A model generated the notes under the pieces. The model did no database searches and was not told the DNA's origin. It was given only the letters and a program-made list of their open reading frames with translations. A stretch of 52,120 nucleotides of DNA, counting the filler, from Circinaria calcarea (lineage: Eukaryota): the NCBI GenBank assembly GCA_051942165.1. It is 2 parts of 2 records of this genome, joined end to end, with 100 filler letters (N's around TTAATTAATTAA, not from the genome) between each part and the next. Parts side by side here need not be neighbours in the genome. Positions count along the whole stretch, not along the records: positions 26,156 to 52,120 come from JAVECS010000087.1; 1 more part is not named here. One strand, 5' to 3'. Position numbers and translations under genes: made by a program. Position 1 is the stretch's first letter; each line of letters begins with the position of its first letter. Below are positions 39,518 to 51,187 of this stretch, piece by piece.

Positions 39518-41527
39518 TTACATACCAGGTGGTGGCGGGACCTGCATCTCGTCAGACTCATGAAACAATTCCATCGCAAGATTGTGCCCAGCACTTACCG
39601 AATTGTACCCCCCGTTCAGCGCGGGAGGAGAACCGCTCGGGGGAGGAGGTGGCGGAGGATCACTTGGGGGTCCTGGAGGAGCTCCTGGTGGTGCTGCTTG
39701 CGGCTGTGCTGCTTGTTGCTGGTAATATTGCTGATACATGGTAACGTAGTTTTGGTATCCGCCATACGCAGCATACGGGTCGGTTCCTCCTGCTCCATAG
39801 TATGCAGCATATTGGGCAGCGTAATCTGTAGGGCTGGCAGCTCCTGGCGCACCAGGGGGAGCCTGAGGTGTACTTGGGCTCTGCGCCGAGGCTCCACCAT
39901 ACCCACCACCGTAACCACCACCACTATAGCCGTTATATCCTTGACGGTCTCCTTGACCATATCCACCAGAAGCATAACCTCTCTGCTGTGGAGGGTTTTC
40001 TTTGAAACGTTCATACTGTTCCTTAACGTTGCCAAGCAAGTCCTCACATAGTTCTTTAGCGCGCTGGACTTCTTTTGGATCTGGACCACTGTAGGTTGTC
40101 AGCTAATTGAGAGTGTGCAAAAAGAGGGAGCATAACTAACGCAACGTGGAGATACATGGCCTCATCACTCTCTTGTCCTGTGCCATGTTCCATGAAGCCG
40201 GATCCACGACCCTTGATCTGAACACGGCATCTAGTCTCTTGTTGAATATGCTTCACATATGCGCCACCATGACCAACGACTTGAGCTCGTAAGTTGAATC
40301 CAGGAATAGGCTCAAGGTCGATAGCAATGCGCTCTTCTGGCCATTTTCGCTACAACTTGGTTAGCCAAAGATATCAAATAGAACAAATTAAAGAACTCTT
40401 CTTACCCGTCCAAACTCATCTCGTTCAACCTGTTCCGGTTCTCTACGCCGGAATCGTCTTTCATCAACGAGATTAGGCAGTTCCTGCTTCATTAGTTCCT
40501 CGACACGCTGAACAGCCTTTTCTAGGCCGTCTTTGGAAGTGCTGGTAATATGAAGATACAGTGGAGGGTTCTGGGAAATATCAGCATCCACCCTGTAACG
40601 ATACAGAAAGGGTTAAATAACGTACCGCTGCTGTCGCGAGGCTCTTATCCGGATAGTAGTTTCCTCGAGTAGTGACATCTTAACACGGATGAGCATCTCT
40701 ATACATATATCTGCAAATTTAAGGTTGAGCGTACCGGCGCCAGTTTCTTCTTTTATCTAGATGTCACGCATGGGAGGTCAGCAGGTGCCAATTGGGGTTG
40801 TGAAGTGCTATATCAGCCCAGTGTAAGCTCGAGACTCTCTTCCACAGGCATGATGAAAAGTAGACAGTGACTATTGTAAGCCCAAAAGGACTTCGATATC
40901 ACGGTGCCTGGGAGTATCAGTGGGTATGACAAGAGTATTTACCATCTTTTGAGTTGATCCCTTGGTCAGTGTGTATCGGTTACGAAGATCGTTGACCTCG
41001 ATATCTTTGATGTAGTCGCCATCGGCGATGTACATATCACCGTTAATATTGCTAGTGCTTGAACCGGAGATACCTGGCGAGGAAGCTTTCCCAGTAGGAC
41101 TTGCGACCTAGTATATGTTAGACCATCGACTGGGTGCAAGCAAGAGTGACATTAGCATGATGCGAGTGGTTTTATACCGAGCGGATTGGGGGAACGTCAA
41201 CATGTTGAATGCCCTTCTTGGCTTGTATGGAAGCATTGATTCGAGCAGCGGCGGCAGCTAGAAGTCACGTCAGTAACGAGTTCATAGATGTGAGGAATAG
41301 AAGTCCGAACCTGCTGCTGCAGCAGCGTCAAGACCAGATGTTTTCTTCACATCAGGCCCAGGACTGCGAGTTTTTTCCGTAGGAATTGGGCTGCGGCTTC
41401 GTCTTGAGTCCGGTTGTCGATTGGATGGTGAACGAGAGCGCCGATCAAACCGCGAGGGGCGCTTCACTTCAGCTTCAGTTTGGTCGAACCGGGAGCGTTT
41501 TGTGCTTCGCCTTTCCTCATCAGCCAT
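39518..41527 (-). CDS. KHDC4/Blom7-like dual-KH RNA-binding protein; many exons
   Basis: RS-rich N-terminus; DIEVNDLRNRYTLTKGSTQKM|IKEETGA|DVTTRG; PPLYLHIT; FNLRAQVVGHGGAYVKHIQQETRCRVQIKGRGSGF; G/Y/P-rich tail. Confidence 0.85.
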
Positions 41528-41770
41528 TTTCGACTTTTCTCTGACAGCGCAGTAGTCGTCGTGACGGTGTGGTCCAACAGCAAATAGTTACGATAAGTAG
41601 ATTCATGCGGAGAATCCCCGGTCCGTGAAATCATTTCAGCACGGACCTCAATCAGTATTTGGTAATTGTTCGCGAGGTTACCAGAAAATCAACACCAGTG
41701 AATTTGCGCCGACAGGAAGAGCAGGTCCAAATTCTCCTGGATTTCGCATAACAGCACAACACCCTACAAG

Positions 41771-44700
41771 ATGGACGAGCTGTTTGATGTGTTTGATGAT
41801 CAGCCGGTAGCTACAAAGCCTGTCACGGGCGATAACAACCAAAGGCCCAAGAAGGACAAAAGCAAAAAGAGACAAGCCAACGGAGATGCCAAATCCGCAG
41901 ATGGGACTGTCAACGGTACTTCGGGCGGATTACTCGTCGGGTGTTCAAAAGACACTGCACAAGAGGTAGATAGGGTACAAGCTGGTGGTGGTGAGGACCA
42001 GGCCGGGGCGAAGAGGCAGCGGCGGGAAGCGGAGCCAGCTCCTGTGGTCACCGACTCCTTTGAGACAGAGCAATCCAGAGAAGTAGCGGCGTCGGCAGGA
42101 CTTCAAGCTTCAAAAGAAGGTACAGCAGTGGTTTTGTCCCATCAGGTCAGGCATCAAGTTGCTTTACCGCCAGACTACGACTACGTCCCTATCTCAGAAC
42201 ATAAACCACCGGAGACGCCAGCCCGAACATGGCCTTTTAAACTGGACCCGTTCCAACAAGTTTCCATCGCTTCGATCGAGAGGGGAGAAAGTATTCTAGT
42301 GTCCGCACATACGAGCGCTGGCAAGACCGTGGTAGCTGAATATGCCATTGCCCAAAGTCTCAAGAATAACCAGAGGGTCATATACACGAGTCCTATAAAG
42401 GCTTTGAGTAATCAAAAATATCGAGAATTCGTCGCAGAATTCGGTGATGTTGGTTTGATGACCGGAGACGTTACTATCAATCCTACGGCAACATGTTTGG
42501 TTATGACTACTGAGGTGAGTGAACACGGACTCTTTGCCAGAGATAATCATTGATCTGATGTTGGAAGATTCTTCGATCGATGTTGTACAGGGGCTCAGAG
42601 ATCATGCGTGAAGTAGCATGGGTCGTATTCGACGAGATCCACTACCTACGGGATAAAAGTAGGGACTGAATTAACAATGACTGCGAAGATTTACTAATGT
42701 CTCTAGCTCGTGGTGTTGTCTGGGAAGAAACGATTATCTTACTACCCGACAAAGTCCGCTACGTCTTCCTATCCGCCACCATACCCAATGCAATGCAGTT
42801 TGCAGAGTGGATCACCAAGACACATGGGCAGCCATGCCATGTAGTGTACACAGATTTTCGTCCTACCCCTCTGCAGCACTATTTCTTTCCCCAAGGCGCC
42901 GATGGTATCCATTTAATCGTAGATGAGAAAGGTGTGTTCAGGGAAGAGAATTTCAATAAGGCAATGACTACCATCGCCGACAAACAGGGCGATGATCCTG
43001 CTGATGCCATGGCGAAACGAAAAGGTAGGGGCAAGGACAAGAGGACCAATAAAGGCGGCACCAAAGGACCGTCTGACATCTACAAAATCGTCAAGATGAT
43101 CATGCTCAAAAACTACAATCCAGTCATTGTGTTTAGTTTTAGCAAGAACCAATGTGAGGCGTACGCCTTGCAGATGAGTAACCTGACCTTCAACGACGAA
43201 TCGGAGAAGGCTATGGTCGAAAAGGTCTTCAACAGTGCTCTTGAAATGCTGTCTGATGAAGACAAGCTACTACCACAGATTCACAATATTCTTCCTCTTC
43301 TAAAGAGAGGGATAGGAATACATCACTCCGGTCTCCTCCCAATTCTAAAGGAAACCATCGAAATTCTTTTCCAAGAAGGACTGATCAAGGTCTTGTTTGC
43401 TACCGAGACTTTCTCTATTGGACTAAATATGCCTGCCAAATCAGTCGTCTTCACAAACGTCAGGAAATTCGATGGGACCTCAAATCGATGGGTAACGCCA
43501 TCTGAATTTGTTCAGATGTCAGGTCGAGCTGGTCGACGAGGTCTTGATGATCGTGGAATCGTCATAATGATGATTGGTGAGAAAATGGAACCAGGGGTTG
43601 CAAAGGACATTGTCCGCGGAGAGCAGGACAAGCTTAATTCCGCTTTTTATCTGGGCTATAACATGATATTGAACTTGATGCGGGTTGAGGGCATATCTCC
43701 TGAGTTCATGTTAGAAAGATGTTTCTTTCAATTTCAAAATACAGCAAGTGTTTCGGGAATAGAAAAAGGTAGGACACGAAGCCAAAGCCTCTCTCATCTG
43801 AGCTAACATAAATCATAGAATTACATGATCTGGAACTACAAAGGTTGTCGATGGAAATCCCAGATGAGGGAGCCATAAAGGAATACTACGAGTTACGGCA
43901 GCAACTTGCAACCTACACAAAGGATATGCGTGATATTATCAACCATCCCAACTACTGCCTCCAATTTATGCAGCCAGGACGGCTGGTTAGGATCAAACAT
44001 ATGGACTATGACTTCGGCTGGGGAGCTGTTGTCAGCTTCGCTCCTAGAAAGCCGGGTCGAGATCAGAAGCCCGAGGATATCACGCCGCAACAATCTTTTG
44101 TTTTGGACGTTCTTCTGCAGGTTGCTGATGGGACATCAAACGGTACGAAAACCTATCAAGATCTGCCGCAAGGCGTTCGACCACCCGCCGAAGGTGAAAA
44201 AGCAAAGATGGAGGTAGTACCCGTATTACTTTCCTGCGTCGAGTCCATCGGTCACATAAGGATTTTCCTGCCGGATGACTTGAAGTCTCCTGAGCAGAGA
44301 AATACTGTAAGGAAATCCTTAGATGAGGTCAAGCGGAGGTTCTCTGATGGTATCGCTGTACTTGATCCTATTGAAAACATGGGTATTACCGATGCCTCCT
44401 TTAAGAAGCTGCTCCGGGTTGGTAATTTGAGTTTTTATTGATGAGCTCCTGCTGACATTTACTAGAAGATTGAGGTCCTTGAGTCTCGCCTGCTTTCAAA
44501 TCCGCTCCACGACTCTCCTCGACTTCCTGATCTCTATAATCAGTATGCAGATAAAATAGAGCTATCAAATAAGATCAAGGCTCTGAGGAAGCAGATCGAC
44601 GCCGCTGTGTTGATTCTGCAACACGAAGAGCTAAAGTGTCGCAAACGTGTGCTGCGTCGCTTCGGCTTCATCAACGATGCAGAAGTGGTACAGCTAAAAG

Positions 44701-45254
44701 CCCGTGTCGCATGCGAGATCAGCACAGGCGATGAGCTTCTCATTAGCGAACTCCTCTTCAATGGCTTCTTCAATGATCTTTCGCCGGAGCTTATAGCAGC
44801 GGTGCTGAGTTGTTTTATATTCGAGGAAAAGGCCGAGTCTCCCGCGCTCAAAGAGGAGTTGGCCAAGCCCTTCCGTGAGATTCAGGCACAAGCAAGAATT
44901 GTCGCAAAAGTGGCCCAGGAAAGTAAGCTGAAACTAAACGAAGACGAATATGTGCAGGGCTTGAAGTACCAACTCATGGAGGTGGTTTATGCTTGGGCTC
45001 ATGGAAAGAGTTTTGCGGAGATCTGGTAGGAACACCTCGATATTGTACCTTGGCTGTATGCTGATCATTGTAGTAAAATGACGGATGTGTACGAGGGTAG
45101 TCTGATCCGTTTGTTCAGAAGACTTGAGGAGCTTCTCAGACAGATGGCGCAGGCTGCTAAGGTCATGGGTAACGAAGATCTGGAGAAGAAGTTCGAGCAG
45201 TCCCTTTTGAAGGTTCGAAGAGACATCGTTGCAGCGCAATCATTGTACCTCTGA
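41771..45254 (+). CDS. MTR4: Ski2-like RNA helicase Mtr4/Dob1; multi-exon
   Basis: [30 protein letters not shown], arch/KOW region, C-terminal YEGSLIR...[12 protein letters not shown]. Confidence 0.97.
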
Positions 45255-45921
45255 TATCAGAATTCGATCGGAGGGCAATATAGTTTGCGGCAGAATTGAC
45301 GCTGTTTACGGCCCATCAAAGGAGACGATTGGGAGCATGGATTCTCGGTAATGGCCAGGTTCTAATTCCATACTAGATGTGTTGACTGGGTAAGTAAATC
45401 AGGTCAGGGACCGATGGTGGACTACAACACTCAGGCGTTCAGACTTTGGCGATCATTGTAGCTAGAGAGGCTACTCGGATCTTATTGATGTAACATCATT
45501 CCCTACTCTGCCCTAATCTTGCTTTGTAAATACCAGGGGCCGAATAGTTGCCGGCAGATATCAGCATATTGTGGCAGAAGCATCGAGAGTCGACCATGTT
45601 TGTCTCGTCACTACAACTATTGACCATCATGCCTGCGCGGCAGCATTCATGGCGTTACAACAGTAGTCAAGAAAAGATTCCTTGCCATTGTTGTACGGGT
45701 AATCGATGCTTGCACTATGTTGTTGTGTTATAGCCATTGACAGGTTGGTTTTATCGGCAAACGTAGAATATCCCATTTGACCAAGTAGAGACTAGCGCAA
45801 TCGATAGAGCACTTTCGTAGTCGTACTCCTTGGAAAACACTCCCCTTCTGCATAAAAGTACTACATCTCTCTGGACGTTTCATCTTGGGTAATACCACAC
45901 TCTCGGAGAGTCTTTGCAGCT

Positions 45922-46914
45922 ATGAACAGCATTGTTGCTACGCCTCCACCTTTGCCTCATCAACTCTTCAACACGCGCCTGTCACCGCCTCGATCCAGTT
46001 CGTGCCACCAAGCTACACTAATACCATCGTTTGCTGATACATTCTCTGTAGTGCTTTCCACCAGCGCTCCGAGTGGTCGAAAACGAAAAGCCGAAGATGA
46101 CGAGCCTCGACCGGATGATAGGATGTCCACATCACCATCGAATTCTCCATCCACTGCCCCTCGCTCACTACCCATCCAAAGGCAGACGAAACGGCCCAAG
46201 TCTGGCTTGACCGGACGGCCACTTGCTCTCCCACGACTCCTCGAAACCCTAGATGCCGATTCCCTGCGAGATATCTTGAAAACAATCTGTGAACATCATC
46301 CTTCGATCGGTTCAGAGGTCGTAACTACAGCACCTCGGCCTAGCGTAGCCTCGGCTTTGGACGTCTTGAAGAAGTACGAATCCGCACTTCAAGCATCGTT
46401 TCCCTTCGGCGGTAATTCGACGTCGGACTACGCATACAATCGGGTCCGACAATCTTTACTAGCTTTGTTGGATGCTCTTACGGATTTTACCCCACATTTC
46501 CTCCCCCCAAACGAAACCCAAGCTACCCAGTCACTCAGCTTCTTGGACGGGGCTACTGACGTTATTCATCGTCTTCCGGATTGGGATAACTTCCAGAACA
46601 ACCTTCACAAACATGACGCATATGAGGAGATATCAAAGGCATGGACCATGGTATTCCGGGAAGCTGCAAAGCGGGCCGGTGGGATTCAGTTACAATATGG
46701 CGGATGGGACCAGAAACTTGCGAAACACAACCAACAAGCACACGGAAAACTCCAAGAGGCGGTCAGTGAGCTAAATACGATTCTGAGGTGGACAGGAGGA
46801 CAGCCACAGATACAAACGCATGGTGGTCGGGGCGATGATATTAGCATGGTACGCCAGGAGTTGCTATCTGGTACATACGGTTCAAACCTACCTGTTCAAG
46901 TCGGCCATTGGTAA
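45922..46914 (+). CDS. STS1: Sts1/Cut8 nuclear proteasome tethering factor (likely one short in-frame intron)
   Basis: RKRKA NLS; GRPLALPRLLETLD; FPFGGNSTSDYAYNRVR; FTPHFLPPNE; IHRLPDWD. Confidence 0.9.
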   Translation: MNSIVATPPPLPHQLFNTRLSPPRSSSCHQATLIPSFADTFSVVLSTSAPSGRKRKAEDDEPRPDDRMSTSPSNSPSTAPRSLPIQRQTKRPKSGLTGRPLALPRLLETLDADSLRDILKTICEHHPSIGSEVVTTAPRPSVASALDVLKKYESALQASFPFGGNSTSDYAYNRVRQSLLALLDALTDFTPHFLPPNETQATQSLSFLDGATDVIHRLPDWDNFQNNLHKHDAYEEISKAWTMVFREAAKRAGGIQLQYGGWDQKLAKHNQQAHGKLQEAVSELNTILRWTGGQPQIQTHGGRGDDISMVRQELLSGTYGSNLPVQVGHW

Positions 46915-47699
46915 AAGATTCGACAATGGTCAGTGCCGTTTGATTCCAACAGCGGTTCTCCAGTCACTGATAGTAATAGCAGTTTATGGCCCACATATCA
47001 TATACTGGCGGCCCTCCGGAATGCATCGGTACTGGCGTTTTACTTTATCGGCTTTCTCAGCTGTCTTTAATTTATGATGTTATGCGAGCGTCATGATACC
47101 TACTTAAGCTACCAGTTAAGGTATACACAATATGAATTCAGTGTACGCACATGGTATTGTTACAGATAATTAACGGGAGGGTGCCTCGAGCCCAGAAGGA
47201 ATTCAGTCGCGCAATCAATCAGGAGTCAAACTCAGATATTCACTACCTGAGTGGGCTATGTTATTTCCCAGTTTCATTTTCCACCTGAAATACCCAAATA
47301 CAATTCCTTGGTGCTAAGCTCAGTAATCCTCACCAGTGTGTGATATTTTATCAAGCAGCAGTAAATCCTTCTAGTCTGTTTCCGTGGTAAGTTTCCTGTG
47401 CTCGATTTTATGGTTATATTGAGGGCCCCGGCATATGACTTGGCGATAAATAGCGAATCCTTACTCTGCCCCTGTTGCTAAGTTTAAACATTCACACCCT
47501 CGTTGACATTGCTTCTGGACCTATTCCAAACCTACTTCCCTTTACAGGTTAACTAATGCTATTGATCGAGTTACAGAAATCCTTTTCATGTCGTTTGTTC
47601 TAGGCTTTACTTCCGTTCTCACTTCGTCCTCTTCGCCATAGATCGAGTTTATCCAGGCATCAGTGCTAAGATACCATTTTCGGATCGACAGATTACACA

Positions 47700-48853
47700 A
47701 TGGCTATCCTGAAAAATCTCGAGGTGAGTATCTCTGTGGGCGATCACGGTTTACCAGAGTATGACGAGGGCAAACATCATGAAGCGCGAGACTCTGTTGT
47801 CAAGTACGTCCAAGCAACATCATCAGATGACAACTTTGCCATCACTATCCGAGTCCTACCAGCATTTCAGTTTACGTCTCATGGTCTCATATGGGAAGTC
47901 TTTCTTGATGGACAGCATGTTGAGAACGCAATCGCAAGCTTTGAAGAGTTGCTTAGCGTACGAACCACGGGTTGGAACTGGACGTTCAATGGTCTCAGGC
48001 TATACAATGGTAAAGCATGGACGCAGAGACCGTTTCAATTCAGAGAGATTACTATTGGTATGTCTTACAGATTCTTGACGTAGCTAAGCTACTTCTCATC
48101 TTAAACTAGTTGAGGAAGATCCATCCTTAGCGTCTGTAGAACAGCAGACTGCTTTAGTTGCCAATATCGGAAACATCGTTGTGAAGGTCTTTCGGGTAAC
48201 AATTGATTCCGAAAACACCGAGCGCGCACGGGTATCTGATAATATGACTATAATGGACGAGAAAGCTGAATTCTCCGAGAAAAGGTTGAAGGAGAACACG
48301 ATCTCTCACTCTATCAAGTCTGTGATCACTTCGAGGCCATGACAAAATGCTGCTAATCCTTCTTATAAGACTTGGGATTGCGATACCCCACAAAGCACCC
48401 AATCTCGTATCGGTAAAGTATATCGATGGTCGAAATTCTCCTATCGCTACTTTCACCTTCAAATACCGCTCCTTGAGTGGGTGTGTCCAACCGCATTGAG
48501 ATGGGTTTCCACTAACCCTTGTCTCGAGCTAGAGGCGCTCAAGGATTTACTTCTCATTCCACGAACGCCCCCTCCAGCACCACTCGAAGACCGTCCCGTG
48601 GACTCCTTGTCTCAGGAAGAAATGAAAATCCTCATCGAACGGCTGAAGGTATATACTGCTGGGGGCCCGCCATGTACATTGAGCTAACGGCCCGAAATAG
48701 ACGCGTGCCATCAAGGACGAGAAGAAGGTGAAGCGGGAAAGAACGGAGGATGACGAAGATACCGCGGAGATAGTACTCTCTCGGCCTGTCAAGAAGACGC
48801 GTCTAGTGGATGATGAAGGGGTTGTCGTGATTTCCGACGATGAGGAGGGATGA
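47700..48853 (+). CDS. Uncharacterised fungal protein, DUF7918-like, paralog A; 5 exons
   Basis: MAILKNLEVSISVGDHGLPEYD...KYVQA...IGNIVVKVFRV...ATFTFKYRS|KALKDLLLIPRTP.P.PLEDRP; last exon ends VVVISDDEEG*. Family name is from memory and needs an HMM check. Confidence 0.75.
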
Positions 48854-49129
48854 ATAGGCAATGTGGAGTACGGGCGTTGCAAGTTCCTTCGAGCCTATAG
48901 TGCTGGAAGATGCCGCCCGTATGCATGCCAGTTGGCTACGAGCTTATATATTGGCCTTAATATAGCTTAGCTACTCCAACCTATCGATATCTTACAGCAT
49001 CATCCTATGTGACTATATATATCAAATACATATTCATTGACGCTTTGTTTGCTACATCCTCGAATTTTAGCTTAAATGGTTATTAGTCGAAGCACATAAC
49101 AAGCCCAAAGTCCCCGCACGCTGAACCCG

Positions 49130-49568
49130 AAACTAAATACCTTTGACCGTCGATATTTAGAATAACTGAAGTATTAATTACATATAAATAAGCTATCGAG
49201 GTTACTCTGGGGGATCTGGGCTGGAGGTGAGCCTTATACTACTGGCCATGCTGGAGTAGTTAAAAATAGTATAAATTAAATCAATCGAAATTAAAGCGTG
49301 GAAATCGAGGCTTAAATAGGGAAGATGGGAGCGGATGGAAACCCACGAAGATGTTTCATATTGTGTGAGGATTATAAGGGCTCTGAGATAGGTGCATCGT
49401 GTTATCGGGATCAGTGCTTATAATAAAGGGGGTGCCCTCCCCGTACTTAACTATCGCAGAGCCTCGATAGAACGATATTGTATACAGATATTCTTCATTT
49501 AAGGTGCGAGAAGTGGAGTTAGGCGTATTGTTTATATCGAGGTTTAATTCGAGACAGTGTCTACACAT
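49130..49568 (-). pseudogene. Possible RIP-degraded gene or repeat remnant
   Basis: TpA-rich and AT-shifted relative to flanks; ORF MCRHCLELN... breaks into TGA/TAA/TAG stops downstream. Confidence 0.3.
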
Positions 49569-49654
49569 CTATAGATAGCAACACTGAGGCTCTTTAACAA
49601 CCTGATCCCCGAAAAAAGTCTAGCATGTGATGTCGTTACGCGGAAACCTTAATT

Positions 49655-49665
49655 ACGCGACGCGT
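49655..49665. promoter_or_regulatory. Tandem MCB-like element ACGCGACGCGT, with a further ACGCG at about 49638
   Basis: About 100 bp before ATG 49762; identical 11-mer to 28722-28732. Confidence 0.5.
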
Positions 49666-49761
49666 CTAAACGATTGGGCCTCGAACTCTCGTGAAAACCA
49701 CTCGTCTCCGGAGATCCAACATCAGGCAAAAGAACACCAGACACGAGCGCAGGAGCTTATC

Positions 49762-50856
49762 ATGCCTAAGTTGAAGAACTTCAGTGCCTACGTGACAGTG
49801 AACGGCCAGAGGCTGGCAGAGTTCAATGATGATGACGAGGACAACCTGCCGTCGAATACGGTCAGCAAGTTTCTAGAAACGGTAACCGGTGCGGAGTTCA
49901 GACTTGAATTTCGCGATGAAGAAATTAGCCGACCTGGCTGCGATGGGATGCGGTGCACCGTCTCATTAGACGGGAAAGCGGTGGATGCAACAATCATGGA
50001 GTTTAGGAAGTTCCGCACTGCTTTTTCAGTTGGACCTCGCACATCCAATAAGGGGATATGGACTCTGAAAAAATATTGCTTCAAAAGTATCATAATTGCC
50101 GAACAAGCGTCCGATTCCAGTACGCAAGACATGAAGAAGCTTATCGATGATCTTGGGACCATCACGGTACAGGTACACCGGGTGAAAAACATTCGCACCA
50201 GCATTTCAGGCAAGCATTTGAGTACCACTGAACATGTTTCTTCAAAGCCGATTCCTGCCAAATATCTTAAGGGATTAGCTGTCAGTCATAAGGCCAGGTA
50301 TATATTTCTACCTGTTGAATAAACAGGACTCTGTCTGACACGTCTTACAACATAGTCTCGGTCCTCCTCAAACGCTTCCGCCTGTTCGGATCGTGGACTA
50401 TGATCAGATCGACCCCACAGATTGCCCTTACGCAGTATTTAAATTCAAGTACCGTTCTCGAAGTACGTCGCTATTCACAATCCCACTACCAAAGCTAGAT
50501 GCTAATCTCCAACCAGAGGACCTTCAGGATCTACTAATTATCCCCCGACCAGCGACGCCTGTACCGCTCGAAGAACGTCCTAAGAACGAGCTCACGCGCG
50601 AGGAACTGCTCGAACTACTGAATCGACATCCGGTAAGCACCTAGGCCATGCCCTTAGCACTACCCAGAATCGGAGTGGTCCATAGATTCAATTTAATCTA
50701 AATCGCTCTGCTCAGGTCAAACGGGAAGCCTTACCGCCGGCTCGAGTCAAGCGTGAGCGGGATATAGAGTACGACGAACTCATATCCACCGCCAAGACTC
50801 GAAAGGTGACCAACCGTACCGAGAAGGCCATCGAGGTCATCGATCTCCTCGATTAA
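49762..50856 (+). CDS. Uncharacterised fungal protein, DUF7918-like, paralog B; 4 exons
   Basis: MPKLKNFSAYVTVNGQRLAEF...SKFLE...LGTITVQVHRV...AVFKFKYRSR|KDLQDLLIIPRPATPVPLEERP; last exon ends IEVIDLLD*. Confidence 0.75.
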
Positions 50857-51187
50857 AGCGGCATAAAGGTCTCGAGTAAGCAGCTGTGCGGGGGCATTGC
50901 CCAAAGACCAAACATCACTTCAGTACACAACTAACATCAAAGCTTTCCATCTAGTACCGGAGGCCCCCCTACAGCTCGGATTCACATATCTTATTCATTG
51001 CATGCGTGTTATTTACAGCACAGGCGGATGGCTTTACGCGAGATTACCTACGGCGGAATATTGCGTTTACGATACCCCTCGGGTCTAGCTAGCGTATAGC
51101 GTTGGCGGAGCGATTCATTTTCGGAAGTACATAGCAAGCATTTGAAACTGCTTGGTCACTTGTGATATTGAGAATAAGCCGCTAGTG

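Noticed and set aside
41590..41640. PAC-like (GATAAG) and RRPE-like (TGAAATCATTTC) motifs before MTR4
   Set aside because: Plausible for a ribosome-biogenesis gene but both are degenerate matches; not supportable by eye.
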